From Candidatus Berkelbacteria bacterium (lineage in GTDB: Bacteria > Patescibacteriota > UBA1384 > JACPKC01): a stretch of 64,000 nt of DNA. Location: NCBI GenBank assembly GCA_016187225.1, contig JACPKC010000006.1, positions 89,051 to 153,050 of the forward strand, read 5' to 3'. The position numbers were made by a program, and so were the translations under genes. A model generated the notes under the pieces. That model made no database searches. It was given only the letters and a program-made list of their open reading frames with translations, and was not told the DNA's origin. Below are positions 9,011 to 19,021 of the stretch, piece by piece; the first letter of the stretch is position 1, and every line of letters starts with the position of its first letter.

Positions 9011-9608
9011 CATGCTATTCACGCGCCGTCGAAACCCTCTTACGAGGGTTGGGAATTGATAATGAGGAATATCGAACCCCAATCCTGGCAAGAAGTTAAA
9101 TATACGTTAGATTGGATCCGACAATCAGCCGACGATCGTGTATCAAGATATCTGCTGTCAAAACAGCGACGTGGCCTCGTGAGTTAGGCTTTGAAAGTCT
9201 GCCCCTCATATTAAGACCACGTCGCTGTCCCTAATCGTCCCCTCTTATTTAGATTAGGAAGCAGGCGATCTGGTAGGCGAGAAGTAGGTAAATTCACCGT
9301 CCTAACTCAAACGCTTGAACAAGCGCGAGCTGGAGCGCCGTCTCCTGTTCATGGAGCGGCTGGGACAGCGATTCATCACTGCTTTTCGGTTGCCCTTGGG
9401 AGTGGGAAGGCGCTTATCTCCTTCCATCATCAAGAGGCCAGATAGATAGGGTAAATCGGCAATAACTCCTGTTAAATTGCCGCTTCACCATAAGATTTCG
9501 TTTTGGTGCACCTTACCCTCTAGTGATAGGGCGCACCAAGCGAATTCCTAGGCAGATTTGTGGCTCGAGAGTGAGCCTCATTGTGTTTGTGCCCCTCTGG
9601 AACCACAA

Positions 9609-9680
9609 ATCCAACCTGGGAAACGTGGCAGGTCTGTGACGGCGGATGTGAAATGCAACCGCAACTAGTGAGGATTGAAT
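9609..9680 (+). repeat. degenerate attC-like site 5 (ATCCAAC ... CTAGTGAGGATTGAAT)
   Basis: Shares ATCCAAC and the CTAGT..TTGAAT end with sites 1-4, but the GTT core is degraded. Confidence 0.25.
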
Positions 9681-10520
9681 ACCACACCCCTAACATTCAG
9701 CCTCCGCAAAAAACGGGGCCAAATGGGGTCGATATGGCCGCAGGGGGCCGCCATCACAGACCTGCCGGCAACTAATGTTGCCAACAGGATTAAATAGAAT
9801 GATTACTTACGACCGTTATAAAATTGACGATCATTTTTTACTATCGATGCATCCATACGCAGGGCGCAATGATAGAGATCACAAATACTCATCTATTTTG
9901 ATGCATTCTAGTTTCGCATCCGAGATGAGACCCCGGACAGCCGCCAAACCTGCATCATGCGCTACACTCTGGTACACGTAAACCCTCGTCTTTGATTTAC
10001 CGCCTCTCTAATATGAGATCGCTATGCCCCCCAAATACAGACTTGCAATCGCAGTAGAGAGAGTAGCCACTTTGAGTTGTAAAAGTTCGCCCGACATCTC
10101 TTTCCATCAAAAAAACCTCCAGGAGCGTTGAATATAGGTTGGCAAAATACCAGAACCTGTATCCAGCGGTAGATGCTCCTGACACCTATTCCGAAGGTTT
10201 TCTCGTTTTGTTTGGATGTGCTTCCCATCCGTGTGGGTGGGACTAGCGGCGTTCGGTGAGGAGGGGAACACCGGACGCCACTAATCGCACACACTTTTTG
10301 TCTTTTTGTTAACGCAGAGACTCTAGCATAGGTTATTGGCTTTGTCAAGACCCCGCCGGAGAGTCATTTCTGCTTAATTTATACGAACGTGAAATGTATA
10401 AATTTATCTTAAGGTTACGCGTATTTTATACCACTCGATGACTCACTTGTCAAGTATACATTATACGTTCGTATAAAGAATAACCTGCCACAGAGGGCAG
10501 GCTATCGGGTAGGGGAAATG

Positions 10521-11807
10521 CTAGTATTCAAACCAGATCGGAGAAGAAATAATATCCTTCCTAAGCCCCAGCGCAAGACGAAATGTAGCCTTGGCGTAAA
10601 CACAGCAAACGCCTTGGGTTCGAATCTCTCCCACGGTTGGGATGTCACCCAGATTGTCCGCCTCGCCGTTGAGCGGTGGCGAGGTATAGATTCGATCGCT
10701 TTCCAGCCTTGGAGCGACCACCACGATTGAGATGCTTTCCACCTTCCCCTTAGGTGGAAGAGCAACGGCGTTGACGATAAAGGATTCATCTGGCTCGAAA
10801 TCAGCCGTCAGCGGTATTGTTTGCCCCATTGTCCAGGTAATACCCCGCTTTGGCGCCGAAACTATAAGGTAAATCACGGCGCCTGGAAGTTCGGTGCCAA
10901 ACACTCGCCGCGCTCGAAGCGCCTCAAGAATGCCTGACTCCGTCCGATCTTTAACAAACAAGCCGGCGACTGTTTCAGCATTCCCATAGGGCGGAAAGTG
11001 CTCATCGCCAGACATGACTGCTCCCACGCGCCACTTGTTACGAAGGAGTTCGCGATAGCAGGCTTCGTTACTACTTCGAAGCTCTTTGCCATCACCCAGA
11101 CCAGTGTATTCTGGCCCATGACTAGAGAGCTCGCAGGCGACCATTTTTTCCCTGGCTCCAGGCAAATCGTCAGGGCAAGCCTTGAAACCATTAAAAGTCT
11201 GTTCAATCCCACCCCGCTCGGTCATATAGAGTTCGGGGTGGGCGAAAATGCCCACTGCGCCCGGTTCATTTGCCATCCAAGTGAGGGGGGAAATAAAATT
11301 ACTCTCATTTGGAAGAATGGGTGAATTACCATCTCCTTCTTGCCGCGCGGCTACCCGCCGTTCGGTATCGAATACAAGAATATGACCCCAACCCGGATTG
11401 TACTGGGGTAATTTTTGGAGCAGGTTTTCAGGTTCAGGTGTACCCGTCAGTTCAAAACCGCGAAGGAGAACTTTACCATCAGTTGAGTACTCTCGGGTAA
11501 ACTGCGCCTGTTGCGCCCATTCCCAATCCGACAAATGCTCGGCATGATCAGTGAGCGCCATTCCATCGAAACGCTTCAAATTTGCGTTAATTACCTGATC
11601 CGGCGCGGCGAGATCTCGATCAATCTTGGTCGCAACCACTCCAGGCAAATCCGATTTGGCATCGGAAAACCGAGTATGGGTATGCAAATTCGCATACACG
11701 AGCCGGTAATCCTGAAATTCTTCCTGTGGCTCCGGAACAAGCGGTTCAGCTGTAATCAAACCGCGGAGCAAAAAAATTGCCAGAACTACCACGATTATTT
11801 TCTTCAC
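10521..11807 (-). CDS. secreted PHP-domain (CehA/McbA-like) metallohydrolase
   Basis: LHTHTRFSD motif. GTG start with AAGGTGG RBS gives a signal peptide KKIIVVVLAIFLL. Confidence 0.7.
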   Translation of the reverse strand: MKKIIVVVLAIFLLRGLITAEPLVPEPQEEFQDYRLVYANLHTHTRFSDAKSDLPGVVATKIDRDLAAPDQVINANLKRFDGMALTDHAEHLSDWEWAQQAQFTREYSTDGKVLLRGFELTGTPEPENLLQKLPQYNPGWGHILVFDTERRVAARQEGDGNSPILPNESNFISPLTWMANEPGAVGIFAHPELYMTERGGIEQTFNGFKACPDDLPGAREKMVACELSSHGPEYTGLGDGKELRSSNEACYRELLRNKWRVGAVMSGDEHFPPYGNAETVAGLFVKDRTESGILEALRARRVFGTELPGAVIYLIVSAPKRGITWTMGQTIPLTADFEPDESFIVNAVALPPKGKVESISIVVVAPRLESDRIYTSPPLNGEADNLGDIPTVGEIRTQGVCCVYAKATFRLALGLRKDIISSPIWFEY

Positions 11808-11886
11808 GTTACCTGCACCACCTTGGAAAAGAAAAGTCGACCCTGATGGGTCGCTTTTCATAGTAGAGCAAAAATTGGGGAGTTAT

Positions 11887-13029
11887 TCAAGCCGCGACGA
11901 GTTCAGGCTTTTTAACCGCTTTTTCGAGTTTTCGATCCTCGGCGGCTTTTTTAGCGGCGGGCGGGCGACGATCTTCAGGATAAGCCAAGCTCACTTTGCG
12001 TGAGTTAGTATCAATCGATAAAATTTGAAAAGTATCAGCATCACCGGCCTTCACCTTGCCTGCCAGCCCCTCGTCAACACTTACGCCAAATTCAGAGATG
12101 TGCATTAAGCCAACTACATCTTTGGCGATCTCAATAAACGCGCCAAACGGCGAAATTCTCACGACCGTTCCGGTAATAGCTTGTCCCGGGACAAATTCTT
12201 TAATCGCGCTCTGCCATGGATCAAGTACCAAGCGTTTCACTGAAAGAGAGACTCGGCCGCCCTCAATACTAATGACTTGCACTCGTACCTTATCGCCAAC
12301 CTTGTAGAGACGATCGAGATTATCGACTCGATCCCAGGAAATTTCCGAGATATGCACAAGCCCTTCCAGCTCGCCAATATTGACAAAGATGCCAAAATCA
12401 ACGATGCCAGTAACAGCGCCTTCGATTTCCTCACCTATTTTCAACTGACTCGCTCGCTCCTCGGCCAGACTATCACCGGCCGCCTTTTCAGAAAACACAA
12501 TCTTGTTATTTTTTGCATCGAGGGTAATGACTTTAGCCGAGAGCTCCTTGCCAATCAAGGTTTTGAGAGCGTCACGAATATCATCTTTGCGCCCACGCGG
12601 CTGATGCTGGGAGGCAAGCTGGGAAACAGGCAAAAAACCTTCTATGTTGCCATATTCAACAACAAGTCCGCCGCGATTGGTGTCTTTAACTAAAATTGTG
12701 ACTGGCATTTTGGCGTCGTAGTTTTCTTGGAGTGAAACGAGATGTCGCTCTTTATCGGCTCGACGCAAAGAGAGGATGGCGTACCCGTCGTCGTTTTCAG
12801 CCAAGAGAACGTAGGACGAAATTTCATCGCCAATTTTAATATTCGAGACAAGTGATGAAAATTCCCGCGCCGGAATAAGTCCCAACGCCATGCCATCGAG
12901 ATCAACGATGATGCGTGCGCGAGAAACGGAAACGACAATACCTTTGATTGTGATGCCCTGTTTGATCGAAATAAGTTTTTCGCCCAACTCCTCTGCCAAG
13001 CTATCCATGGTTTGAACAAGTGTAGACAT
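11887..13029 (-). CDS. rpsA: 30S ribosomal protein S1
   Basis: Repeated S1 domains. Confidence 0.85.
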   Translation of the reverse strand: MSTLVQTMDSLAEELGEKLISIKQGITIKGIVVSVSRARIIVDLDGMALGLIPAREFSSLVSNIKIGDEISSYVLLAENDDGYAILSLRRADKERHLVSLQENYDAKMPVTILVKDTNRGGLVVEYGNIEGFLPVSQLASQHQPRGRKDDIRDALKTLIGKELSAKVITLDAKNNKIVFSEKAAGDSLAEERASQLKIGEEIEGAVTGIVDFGIFVNIGELEGLVHISEISWDRVDNLDRLYKVGDKVRVQVISIEGGRVSLSVKRLVLDPWQSAIKEFVPGQAITGTVVRISPFGAFIEIAKDVVGLMHISEFGVSVDEGLAGKVKAGDADTFQILSIDTNSRKVSLAYPEDRRPPAAKKAAEDRKLEKAVKKPELVAA

Positions 13030-13112
13030 TAAGAATTATTTTCCTTTACGCTCCTGGTAACCAGAAGCGACAATGGGAGGACTATATCAGATTCAATCCT
13101 ATTCTGCAAGTC

Positions 13113-13188
13113 TGGTGCCGGAGGTCAGAATCGAACTGACTACACGAGGCTCTTCAAGCCACTGCTCTGCCAATGAGCTACTCCGGCA
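13113..13188 (-). tRNA. tRNA-Phe(GAA)
   Basis: Cloverleaf folded by hand. Anticodon loop TTGAAGA, 7-bp acceptor stem, encoded CCA. Confidence 0.8.
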
Positions 13189-13194
13189 TACGCT

Positions 13195-13270
13195 TGGTGG
13201 ATCCACTCCGACTCGAACGGAGGACCTTCTCGGTGTAAACGAGACGCTCTGCCAACTGAGCTATGGATCC
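13195..13270 (-). tRNA. tRNA-Val(TAC)
   Basis: Anticodon loop TTTACAC. Acceptor GGATCCA/TGGATCC. Confidence 0.85.
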
Positions 13271-13358
13271 TGGTGGGCAAGAGAGGACTCGAACCTCCAC
13301 GACCGCAATGGCCACAGGCCCCTCAAGCCTGCGCGTCTACCAGTTCCGCCACTTGCCC
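13271..13358 (-). tRNA. tRNA-Leu(GAG)
   Basis: Long variable arm. Anticodon stem CAGGC/GCCTG, loop TTGAGGG. Confidence 0.8.
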
Positions 13359-13412
13359 AAATTCTTAGAGCAGTCAAAATTTATCAGATGTGCGCGCTTG
13401 TGCCAAGACGCG

Positions 13413-13500
13413 TGGTGCCGCGGGGGAGATTTGAACTCCCACAAGCTTGCGCTTACAGCGCCCTGAACGCTGCGTGTCTACCAATTTCACCACCGCGGCC
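13413..13500 (-). tRNA. tRNA-Leu(CAG)
   Basis: Long variable arm. Anticodon loop TTCAGGG. Confidence 0.8.
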
Positions 13501-13564
13501 TACCTCCTGAGGGATTATACATTGAACTCATTGCATAATTATATTGGTAGCTGCAATGAGTTCA

Positions 13565-14911
13565 TTATTCAACTGGTTTGCGGCGGGATTTCCGATACCA
13601 TTCGGCAATATTTGAAAACCGATCCGCAACTGAAAGACCAGGCTGGGATTTAGCGCCTTGAATCCCCTTATCAACTGCAAATGAGACCGACACTTGTTCG
13701 AGTTCAATCGCCGGAACGAGGCGCTCAAAAATCTCATCAAACTGATCATAGAGTTTTTCACGCTCGGAAACTTCGACGGTCTGGCGCGCTTTTTCCAAAA
13801 TGCGATCGGCGTCAATGTTGGCAAAATTGGAAAGGTTCAAACCAGTTGGACTGATTTGCGATGAATGCCAAAAAGGATAAGGATCAGGGTCACCGCCAAA
13901 ATCCAGCCCATAGATAAGCGCGTCGTAGTTGCGATTTGGAACAACATCTTTAGCTAGCTCGGTGGCAGTATGTGTTTCTACAATTACTCGCACACCTAAA
14001 GGTTGCCAGCGTTCGACGATTTCTTGAGCGATACGTTCGTTTTTTGGATTTGCAAGGGTAACTAACTTAATCTCAAGCGTTTGCGCTAAAGCTGTTCCAT
14101 CTTTTAAATTTTTTCTCACCGCTTCTTTTTTAAGTTCGTCTTTTTCGGTATTAAAAAAGAGATAAATTTTGCGGGGAACTTCGATCTGAAATACTTTAAG
14201 CGGCTCTAACAAATGTTCGTTTTCAATCATCGAGATATCCGCGACACCCTGAATATCACCGACTGAAAGCGCGCGAGTGAGATTAAAAGTATCGGCATAG
14301 ATGCGTAGAATCAACTCTTGAAGATAGGGCGTGCTAGCAAAGGCATTCGAGCGCGGGCGCAGGCGCACAATGCCGCGCTCCTGCTCTGTAATTTCATAAG
14401 GGCCGAGAGGGAAAATGGGAATGGCAGTGGTTGCCAAAAAGGGCGTGAAGGATTGTTTAAGGTTAAAAATTACCCGCTGATCGTCTGTCACCTCGATATC
14501 GATGTCCTTAAAAGTCTCTTTATTCCGGTCGAGAGCGGCTTGAGTAGTGCTTTTGTCGATCGCTGTATCCATTTGAAAGATATAAGTTTTACCGTCGTCG
14601 CTCACCTCCCAACTCTTCGCCGCCGCGGGTTCAAATTGATTCTCTTGACCGTAACGCACAAAACCAATGTTTGTTAAAACGTCGAGAGTCGATTGAATGT
14701 CGGCAAGTGACGAGGCAACGATGCCTTCTGTATAAGTACCACCGGAGACCGGCTGTTGAGTTGTTTTTTTAATCCAGTAGCGATAACCAAGAGCGCTCGT
14801 GCTCAAGAGGACGACTAGGAAAAGAATCGCCATCGTCATTTTTTCTACGCGCGTTAGAGATGTAAGAAGGCGAAAAATAAACGAACGTGAATTGTATAGC
14901 TTTGGTTGCAT
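13565..14911 (-). CDS. ABC transporter substrate-binding protein (family 5-like)
   Basis: Large secreted solute-binding fold protein. True start may be the internal Met at 14839 (MTMAILFLVV signal). Confidence 0.75.
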   Translation of the reverse strand: MQPKLYNSRSFIFRLLTSLTRVEKMTMAILFLVVLLSTSALGYRYWIKKTTQQPVSGGTYTEGIVASSLADIQSTLDVLTNIGFVRYGQENQFEPAAAKSWEVSDDGKTYIFQMDTAIDKSTTQAALDRNKETFKDIDIEVTDDQRVIFNLKQSFTPFLATTAIPIFPLGPYEITEQERGIVRLRPRSNAFASTPYLQELILRIYADTFNLTRALSVGDIQGVADISMIENEHLLEPLKVFQIEVPRKIYLFFNTEKDELKKEAVRKNLKDGTALAQTLEIKLVTLANPKNERIAQEIVERWQPLGVRVIVETHTATELAKDVVPNRNYDALIYGLDFGGDPDPYPFWHSSQISPTGLNLSNFANIDADRILEKARQTVEVSEREKLYDQFDEIFERLVPAIELEQVSVSFAVDKGIQGAKSQPGLSVADRFSNIAEWYRKSRRKPVE

Positions 14912-15132
14912 CAGCGCAAAGTGATATTCAAAATTGCGACGGTCACAAAAAGGATCGCAAAAATAATGCTGGCGTTAAAAAGCACTTTTTCAACTCCCCG
15001 CTTACTTCGATAGACATTACTTGTTCCACCGAAGGCGCCGCCCAAACCAGTGCCTCGATGCTGAAGTAAAATCGAAGCGATTAGAAGAAAAGAAAGAATA
15101 ATTTGCAGGCTATTGAGAATGAGGGGATTCAT
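14911..15132 (-). CDS. secG: preprotein translocase subunit SecG
   Basis: LLQ..GLGGAFGG motif and two TM segments. Start set at the internal Met (MNPLILNS). Confidence 0.6.
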   Translation of the reverse strand: MNPLILNSLQIILSFLLIASILLQHRGTGLGGAFGGTSNVYRSKRGVEKVLFNASIIFAILFVTVAILNITLR

Positions 15133-15267
15133 ATTTAAGAACCAAATGGAGGCGCCGGCGGGAATTGCACCCACGTGTAGAGGTTTTGCAGACCTCTGCC
15201 TTACTGCTTGGCTACGGCGCCTCATTCTGCCCGCGCCAAGAACATAAATAAATTAGATAAATTTGCT

Positions 15268-15342
15268 TGGAGCGGGAGACGGGATTCGCACCCGCGACCT
15301 CTACCTTGGCAAGGTAGCATTCTACTGCTGAACTACTCCCGC
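15268..15342 (-). tRNA. tRNA-Gly(GCC)
   Basis: Anticodon stem CTACC/GGTAG, loop TTGCCAA. Acceptor GCGGGAG/CTCCCGC. Confidence 0.85.
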
Positions 15343-15424
15343 CAACATGGATTTACAAGAGCAGAGTTGATGCTAACATAGGCATACATGCGTGTAAACC
15401 ATGCTTTAAGGATTGGAGGCTTTT

Positions 15425-15676
15425 ATGCCACGTAAACGTCGCTGGCGCGCCGCCGTCAAGCTCGATGACACTCAACCAACAGATCGCGCTATCCAAGCTT
15501 CAAATCGACCCCTACTTGCGAATTCTTTGCGTAAAATTGTGACTCAAGACGTTTTAAGAGTAGTTTTTGCACTGGCGATCATACTGGTCCTACTTGGCGG
15601 CGCTTTAGCGCTTGAACAGTTTTCTAATCTGCCGGATCGAATTGCTCAATCACTTTACGAATTCCTCGGGTTTTAA
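15425..15676 (+). CDS. hypothetical small membrane protein
   Basis: GGAGG RBS 6 nt upstream. One TM helix. Confidence 0.5.
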   Translation: MPRKRRWRAAVKLDDTQPTDRAIQASNRPLLANSLRKIVTQDVLRVVFALAIILVLLGGALALEQFSNLPDRIAQSLYEFLGF

Positions 15677-16378
15677 AACTCTAAATTCTCCTGGCTTCAA
15701 TTGTCCTAAAGAAATTGGACCGTGCTGAATCCGCTTCAAGCGAAGAGTTGCGAGTCCGGCGCAATCAAGTAGACGGCGCACCAAGTGCTTTCTCCCCTCA
15801 TGTACTTCAAGTTCAAAGATTAACCCTATCTCATCTCGACCAAGATATTTTACCCGATCAAATTGCGATGCTCGATTAGCAAGACGATGAGGACGTTTGA
15901 GCTTGCTCTCTAATTCGGAAAGATCGTAACGATTCGGAACTGGCACCCAGGCTTGATAAATCTTTTTGTGTTCGAAGCGAGGATGAGTGAGTCGGAAGGC
16001 CAATTCGCCATCATTGGTGACCAGCACAAGGCCCTCGCTCTCCTGATCGAGGCGTCCGACTGAAAAAACTCTCGGCTCGCCTGGAACAAGCGAGTTTACA
16101 TCGGTAATGATAAGGCCACGCGGTTTATAGAGCGCATACACTACCCGTTTCTGGTCTGGCATTACTGTTTCCCCGTCGACGGCAATAATTTCACGCTCTG
16201 CATGAATTAGAGTGCCAAGCTGGGTAACAATTTTCCCATTTACCGCTACTCGTCCAGCTTGAATAAGTTCATCGGCCTTGCGCCGTGCCGCAATCCCCGA
16301 CGAAGATAAAAATTTATTGAGCCTCACTAACTTGCTTCTCGGCAACTTTTGGCTGGCTAGTGGTGTAGGTAGAGTCAT
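15650..16378 (-). CDS. pseudouridine synthase (RsuA/RluB family, S4 domain)
   Basis: S4 RNA-binding N-terminus plus RsuA-type catalytic core. Confidence 0.85.
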   Translation of the reverse strand: MTLPTPLASQKLPRSKLVRLNKFLSSSGIAARRKADELIQAGRVAVNGKIVTQLGTLIHAEREIIAVDGETVMPDQKRVVYALYKPRGLIITDVNSLVPGEPRVFSVGRLDQESEGLVLVTNDGELAFRLTHPRFEHKKIYQAWVPVPNRYDLSELESKLKRPHRLANRASQFDRVKYLGRDEIGLIFELEVHEGRKHLVRRLLDCAGLATLRLKRIQHGPISLGQLKPGEFRVLKPEEFVK

Positions 16379-16508
16379 AATGTTGATCTGTAATTATACT
16401 TCGATAGATGTAAGTCGCGATGATTAACAAAATACTCACGAGCGTGAGTAATATAAGGATTCCATTTTCATTCCGGTCAAAAAGTGACTGCATATTTCCT
16501 TTATACAT
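16314..16508 (-). CDS. hypothetical small membrane protein
   Basis: Single TM helix. TTCACGTTCGCAA motif immediately 5' of the start. Confidence 0.35.
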   Translation of the reverse strand: MYKGNMQSLFDRNENGILILLTLVSILLIIATYIYRSIITDQHYDSTYTTSQPKVAEKQVSEAQ

Positions 16509-16574
16509 TTTGCGAACGTGAAAATATAGCAGACGAAGATCGAAAACACAAGAGCGCTAGAACGCATATAAGTT

Positions 16575-18089
16575 CTAGACATATTCCTCCTGGAAGCCAA
16601 CTCTATACTGTAGAGCTTCGGTCACATGTTGACCTGCAATCTCTTTACTTGCCTCCAAATCTGCAATCGTTCGGGCCAACTTTAAAATGCGATGGTAGGC
16701 ACGCGCCGAAAGCTTGTAGTGTTCAAGCGCTTGGATTAAAAGATGTTCGGTGGCGTTATCTATTTTGCAGAGCGCCTGAACAATTTTAGCAGGCATTTCA
16801 GCATTGCAGGCGATCGTGCCACTTAAGCGTTTCTGTTGACGAACTCGAGCGCCGGCCACACGTTTACGAATTCTGTGAGACGTTTCACCTTGATTGCGCT
16901 TAATTAAAGCCTGACGCTCAACGGGTGCAACATGAAATTGCATATCAATTCGATCCAAAAATGGACCGGAGATTTTACGTTGGTAGCGCTGAAGTTCTTG
17001 AGACGAACAAGTGCATTCCGGTGTTCCAGCTCGGCCGCACGGACATGGGTTCTGGGCGGCGAGCAGGATAAACTTAGCGGGGAAGGTAAGCGATCGAGCG
17101 GCACGAGAAACCGTAATAATGCCATCTTCTAAGGGTTGACGGAGAACTTCTAAAACCGAACGCGGGAATTCAGGCAATTCATCCATAAAAAGAACACCTC
17201 TATGAGCTAGTGAGATCTCTCCGGGTTTTGGCCATGCGCCGCCGCCGATAAGAGAAATGGCGCTTGCGGTATGGTGCGGTGAGCGGATTGGGCGAGTCGT
17301 CAGTAAACCAATCCCAAATGGCAGAACGCCAGCGATACTGTGAATCTTTGTCACTTCGAGAATTTCTTCTTCAGTCATTGGGGGTAAAATTGAGGGGAAG
17401 GCGTTTGAGAGTAGAGTCTTGCCGGCGCCAGGCGGACCGCTCATGAGAACATTGTGGCCACCAGCCGCGGCGATTTCGAGCGCGCGTTTGGCAAATTCCT
17501 GGCCTTGAATATCTCCAAAATCGGTTGAGAACTGCTGTTGATCTTGAGAAAAAGTTGTTGCTTGAACCGGATTCAGCAAAGTTTGTGAGGCCAAGTGAGC
17601 AATTAACTCTTTTAGTGTCCGTATGGCATAAATAGTTAAATCTTTTACCGAGGCGGCCTCGGCCGAATTATCCATCGGCACATAGAGTGTATCGAGTCCA
17701 CGTTTTTTTGCCGAAAGAGCCAAAGCCAGAACACCAGTGATTGGCCGCACGGCGCCATTAAGAGAGAGCTCGCCCAAAAATGCGCTCGTGTCGGACAAGG
17801 GCTTAATTTGCTGATCGGCCGCCAAAATGCCGAGGGCGATCGACAAGTCATAAGCCGGACCGACCTTCTTAAGATTGGCTGGCGCAAGATTGATAATGAT
17901 ATGTCTGACCGGGAAATTTTGACCGCTATTGATAATCGCGCTTCGAACACGTTCTTTGGCCTCCTCAACCGATTTGTCAGGTAAGCCCACAAGTGTCAAG
18001 CCGGGCAAGCCCCGTGTAAGATCGACTTCAACTTGAACCAATTCTCCTTCCAGGCCAACTAAAGCTAAGGATGTAATAACTGCAAGCAT
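16575..18089 (-). CDS. comM: YifB/ComM family Mg-chelatase-like AAA ATPase
   Basis: N-terminal Lon-like domain plus AAA+ core (GPPGAGKT). Confidence 0.9.
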   Translation of the reverse strand: MLAVITSLALVGLEGELVQVEVDLTRGLPGLTLVGLPDKSVEEAKERVRSAIINSGQNFPVRHIIINLAPANLKKVGPAYDLSIALGILAADQQIKPLSDTSAFLGELSLNGAVRPITGVLALALSAKKRGLDTLYVPMDNSAEAASVKDLTIYAIRTLKELIAHLASQTLLNPVQATTFSQDQQQFSTDFGDIQGQEFAKRALEIAAAGGHNVLMSGPPGAGKTLLSNAFPSILPPMTEEEILEVTKIHSIAGVLPFGIGLLTTRPIRSPHHTASAISLIGGGAWPKPGEISLAHRGVLFMDELPEFPRSVLEVLRQPLEDGIITVSRAARSLTFPAKFILLAAQNPCPCGRAGTPECTCSSQELQRYQRKISGPFLDRIDMQFHVAPVERQALIKRNQGETSHRIRKRVAGARVRQQKRLSGTIACNAEMPAKIVQALCKIDNATEHLLIQALEHYKLSARAYHRILKLARTIADLEASKEIAGQHVTEALQYRVGFQEEYV

Positions 18090-19021
18090 TCTCCCTCTTT
18101 CGCTAGCCAGTCGTATGCGTCTGCTTCAAATGTAGCATAGTTGCGTACCCAATGAACGGCAGGATTGCGGCGCCACCAAGTAAGTTGACGACGCACATAA
18201 GCATGTAATCTACCTTGGAGTTGGGTGCGAAATTCCTCAAGCGCGATTACGCCTTCGACATGCTCAAGGGCAAGCTTATAGATTAAACCAAATTCCTGGA
18301 TTCGTACGCGTGGCACGCCCTGATCTAAAAATTTGCGCACTTCACTAAATAATTGACCCCGCGTCCACGCCTCAACCCGAGCGTCGTTACGACGATAAAG
18401 TTCCGCCCGAGGTCGATCAATCACATAGAGACGCGATTGAAATATTGGCCTCTGTTTCTTTTGATTTTTAAGAAAACTTTTCTTTTGAACTAGAGTATAG
18501 GCGAGGGCGCGTTCTATTCTGACTCGATTGCGTGGATCAATATGAGAAGCTGTTTCGGGGTCGATTTGGGAAAGTTTTTTTATAAGCTCAACGGTCGTAG
18601 AATGTTTAAATTCGACCGGCAATTCAGCCTGGGCTGGCAGGTGATAACCTGCCAAAACCGCTTCAACATAAAGCCCTGTGCCACCGACTAGGATTGGCAA
18701 GCGGCCAGCTCGCCAAAGTGTCGGCAAGAGATTATTCACGAACGTTTGAAATTTGCCGACGGCGTACATTTCATTGGGATCGGCTAAATCGAGGCCATAG
18801 TGTGGAACATTTTGAATATTGTAAACCGGACCGTGGGGTGAGTTAGTTTGAGAAGACTGATGGTCTTGTGTGATTTTTGCTGTCCCGATATTCAATCCTC
18901 GATAAACAGTTCGTGAATCGGCGGCGATAACAGAGCTTGGAATCTTTTGAGCGAACTTAAGCGCCCAATCAGACTTTCCGCTCGCCGTTGGCCCAACAAG
19001 AGCAAGAACAAGGGGTTTCAT
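18065..19021 (-). CDS. miaA: tRNA dimethylallyltransferase
   Basis: GPTASGKS P-loop at the N-terminus. MiaA length. Confidence 0.9.
   Translation of the reverse strand: MKPLVLALVGPTASGKSDWALKFAQKIPSSVIAADSRTVYRGLNIGTAKITQDHQSSQTNSPHGPVYNIQNVPHYGLDLADPNEMYAVGKFQTFVNNLLPTLWRAGRLPILVGGTGLYVEAVLAGYHLPAQAELPVEFKHSTTVELIKKLSQIDPETASHIDPRNRVRIERALAYTLVQKKSFLKNQKKQRPIFQSRLYVIDRPRAELYRRNDARVEAWTRGQLFSEVRKFLDQGVPRVRIQEFGLIYKLALEHVEGVIALEEFRTQLQGRLHAYVRRQLTWWRRNPAVHWVRNYATFEADAYDWLAKEGECLQLLHP

Noticed and set aside
13073-13510. Plus-strand ORFs (145 aa and 67 aa) over the tRNA cluster
   Set aside because: Four minus-strand tRNAs (Phe, Val, Leu, Leu) fully explain the region. The ORFs are antisense artefacts.
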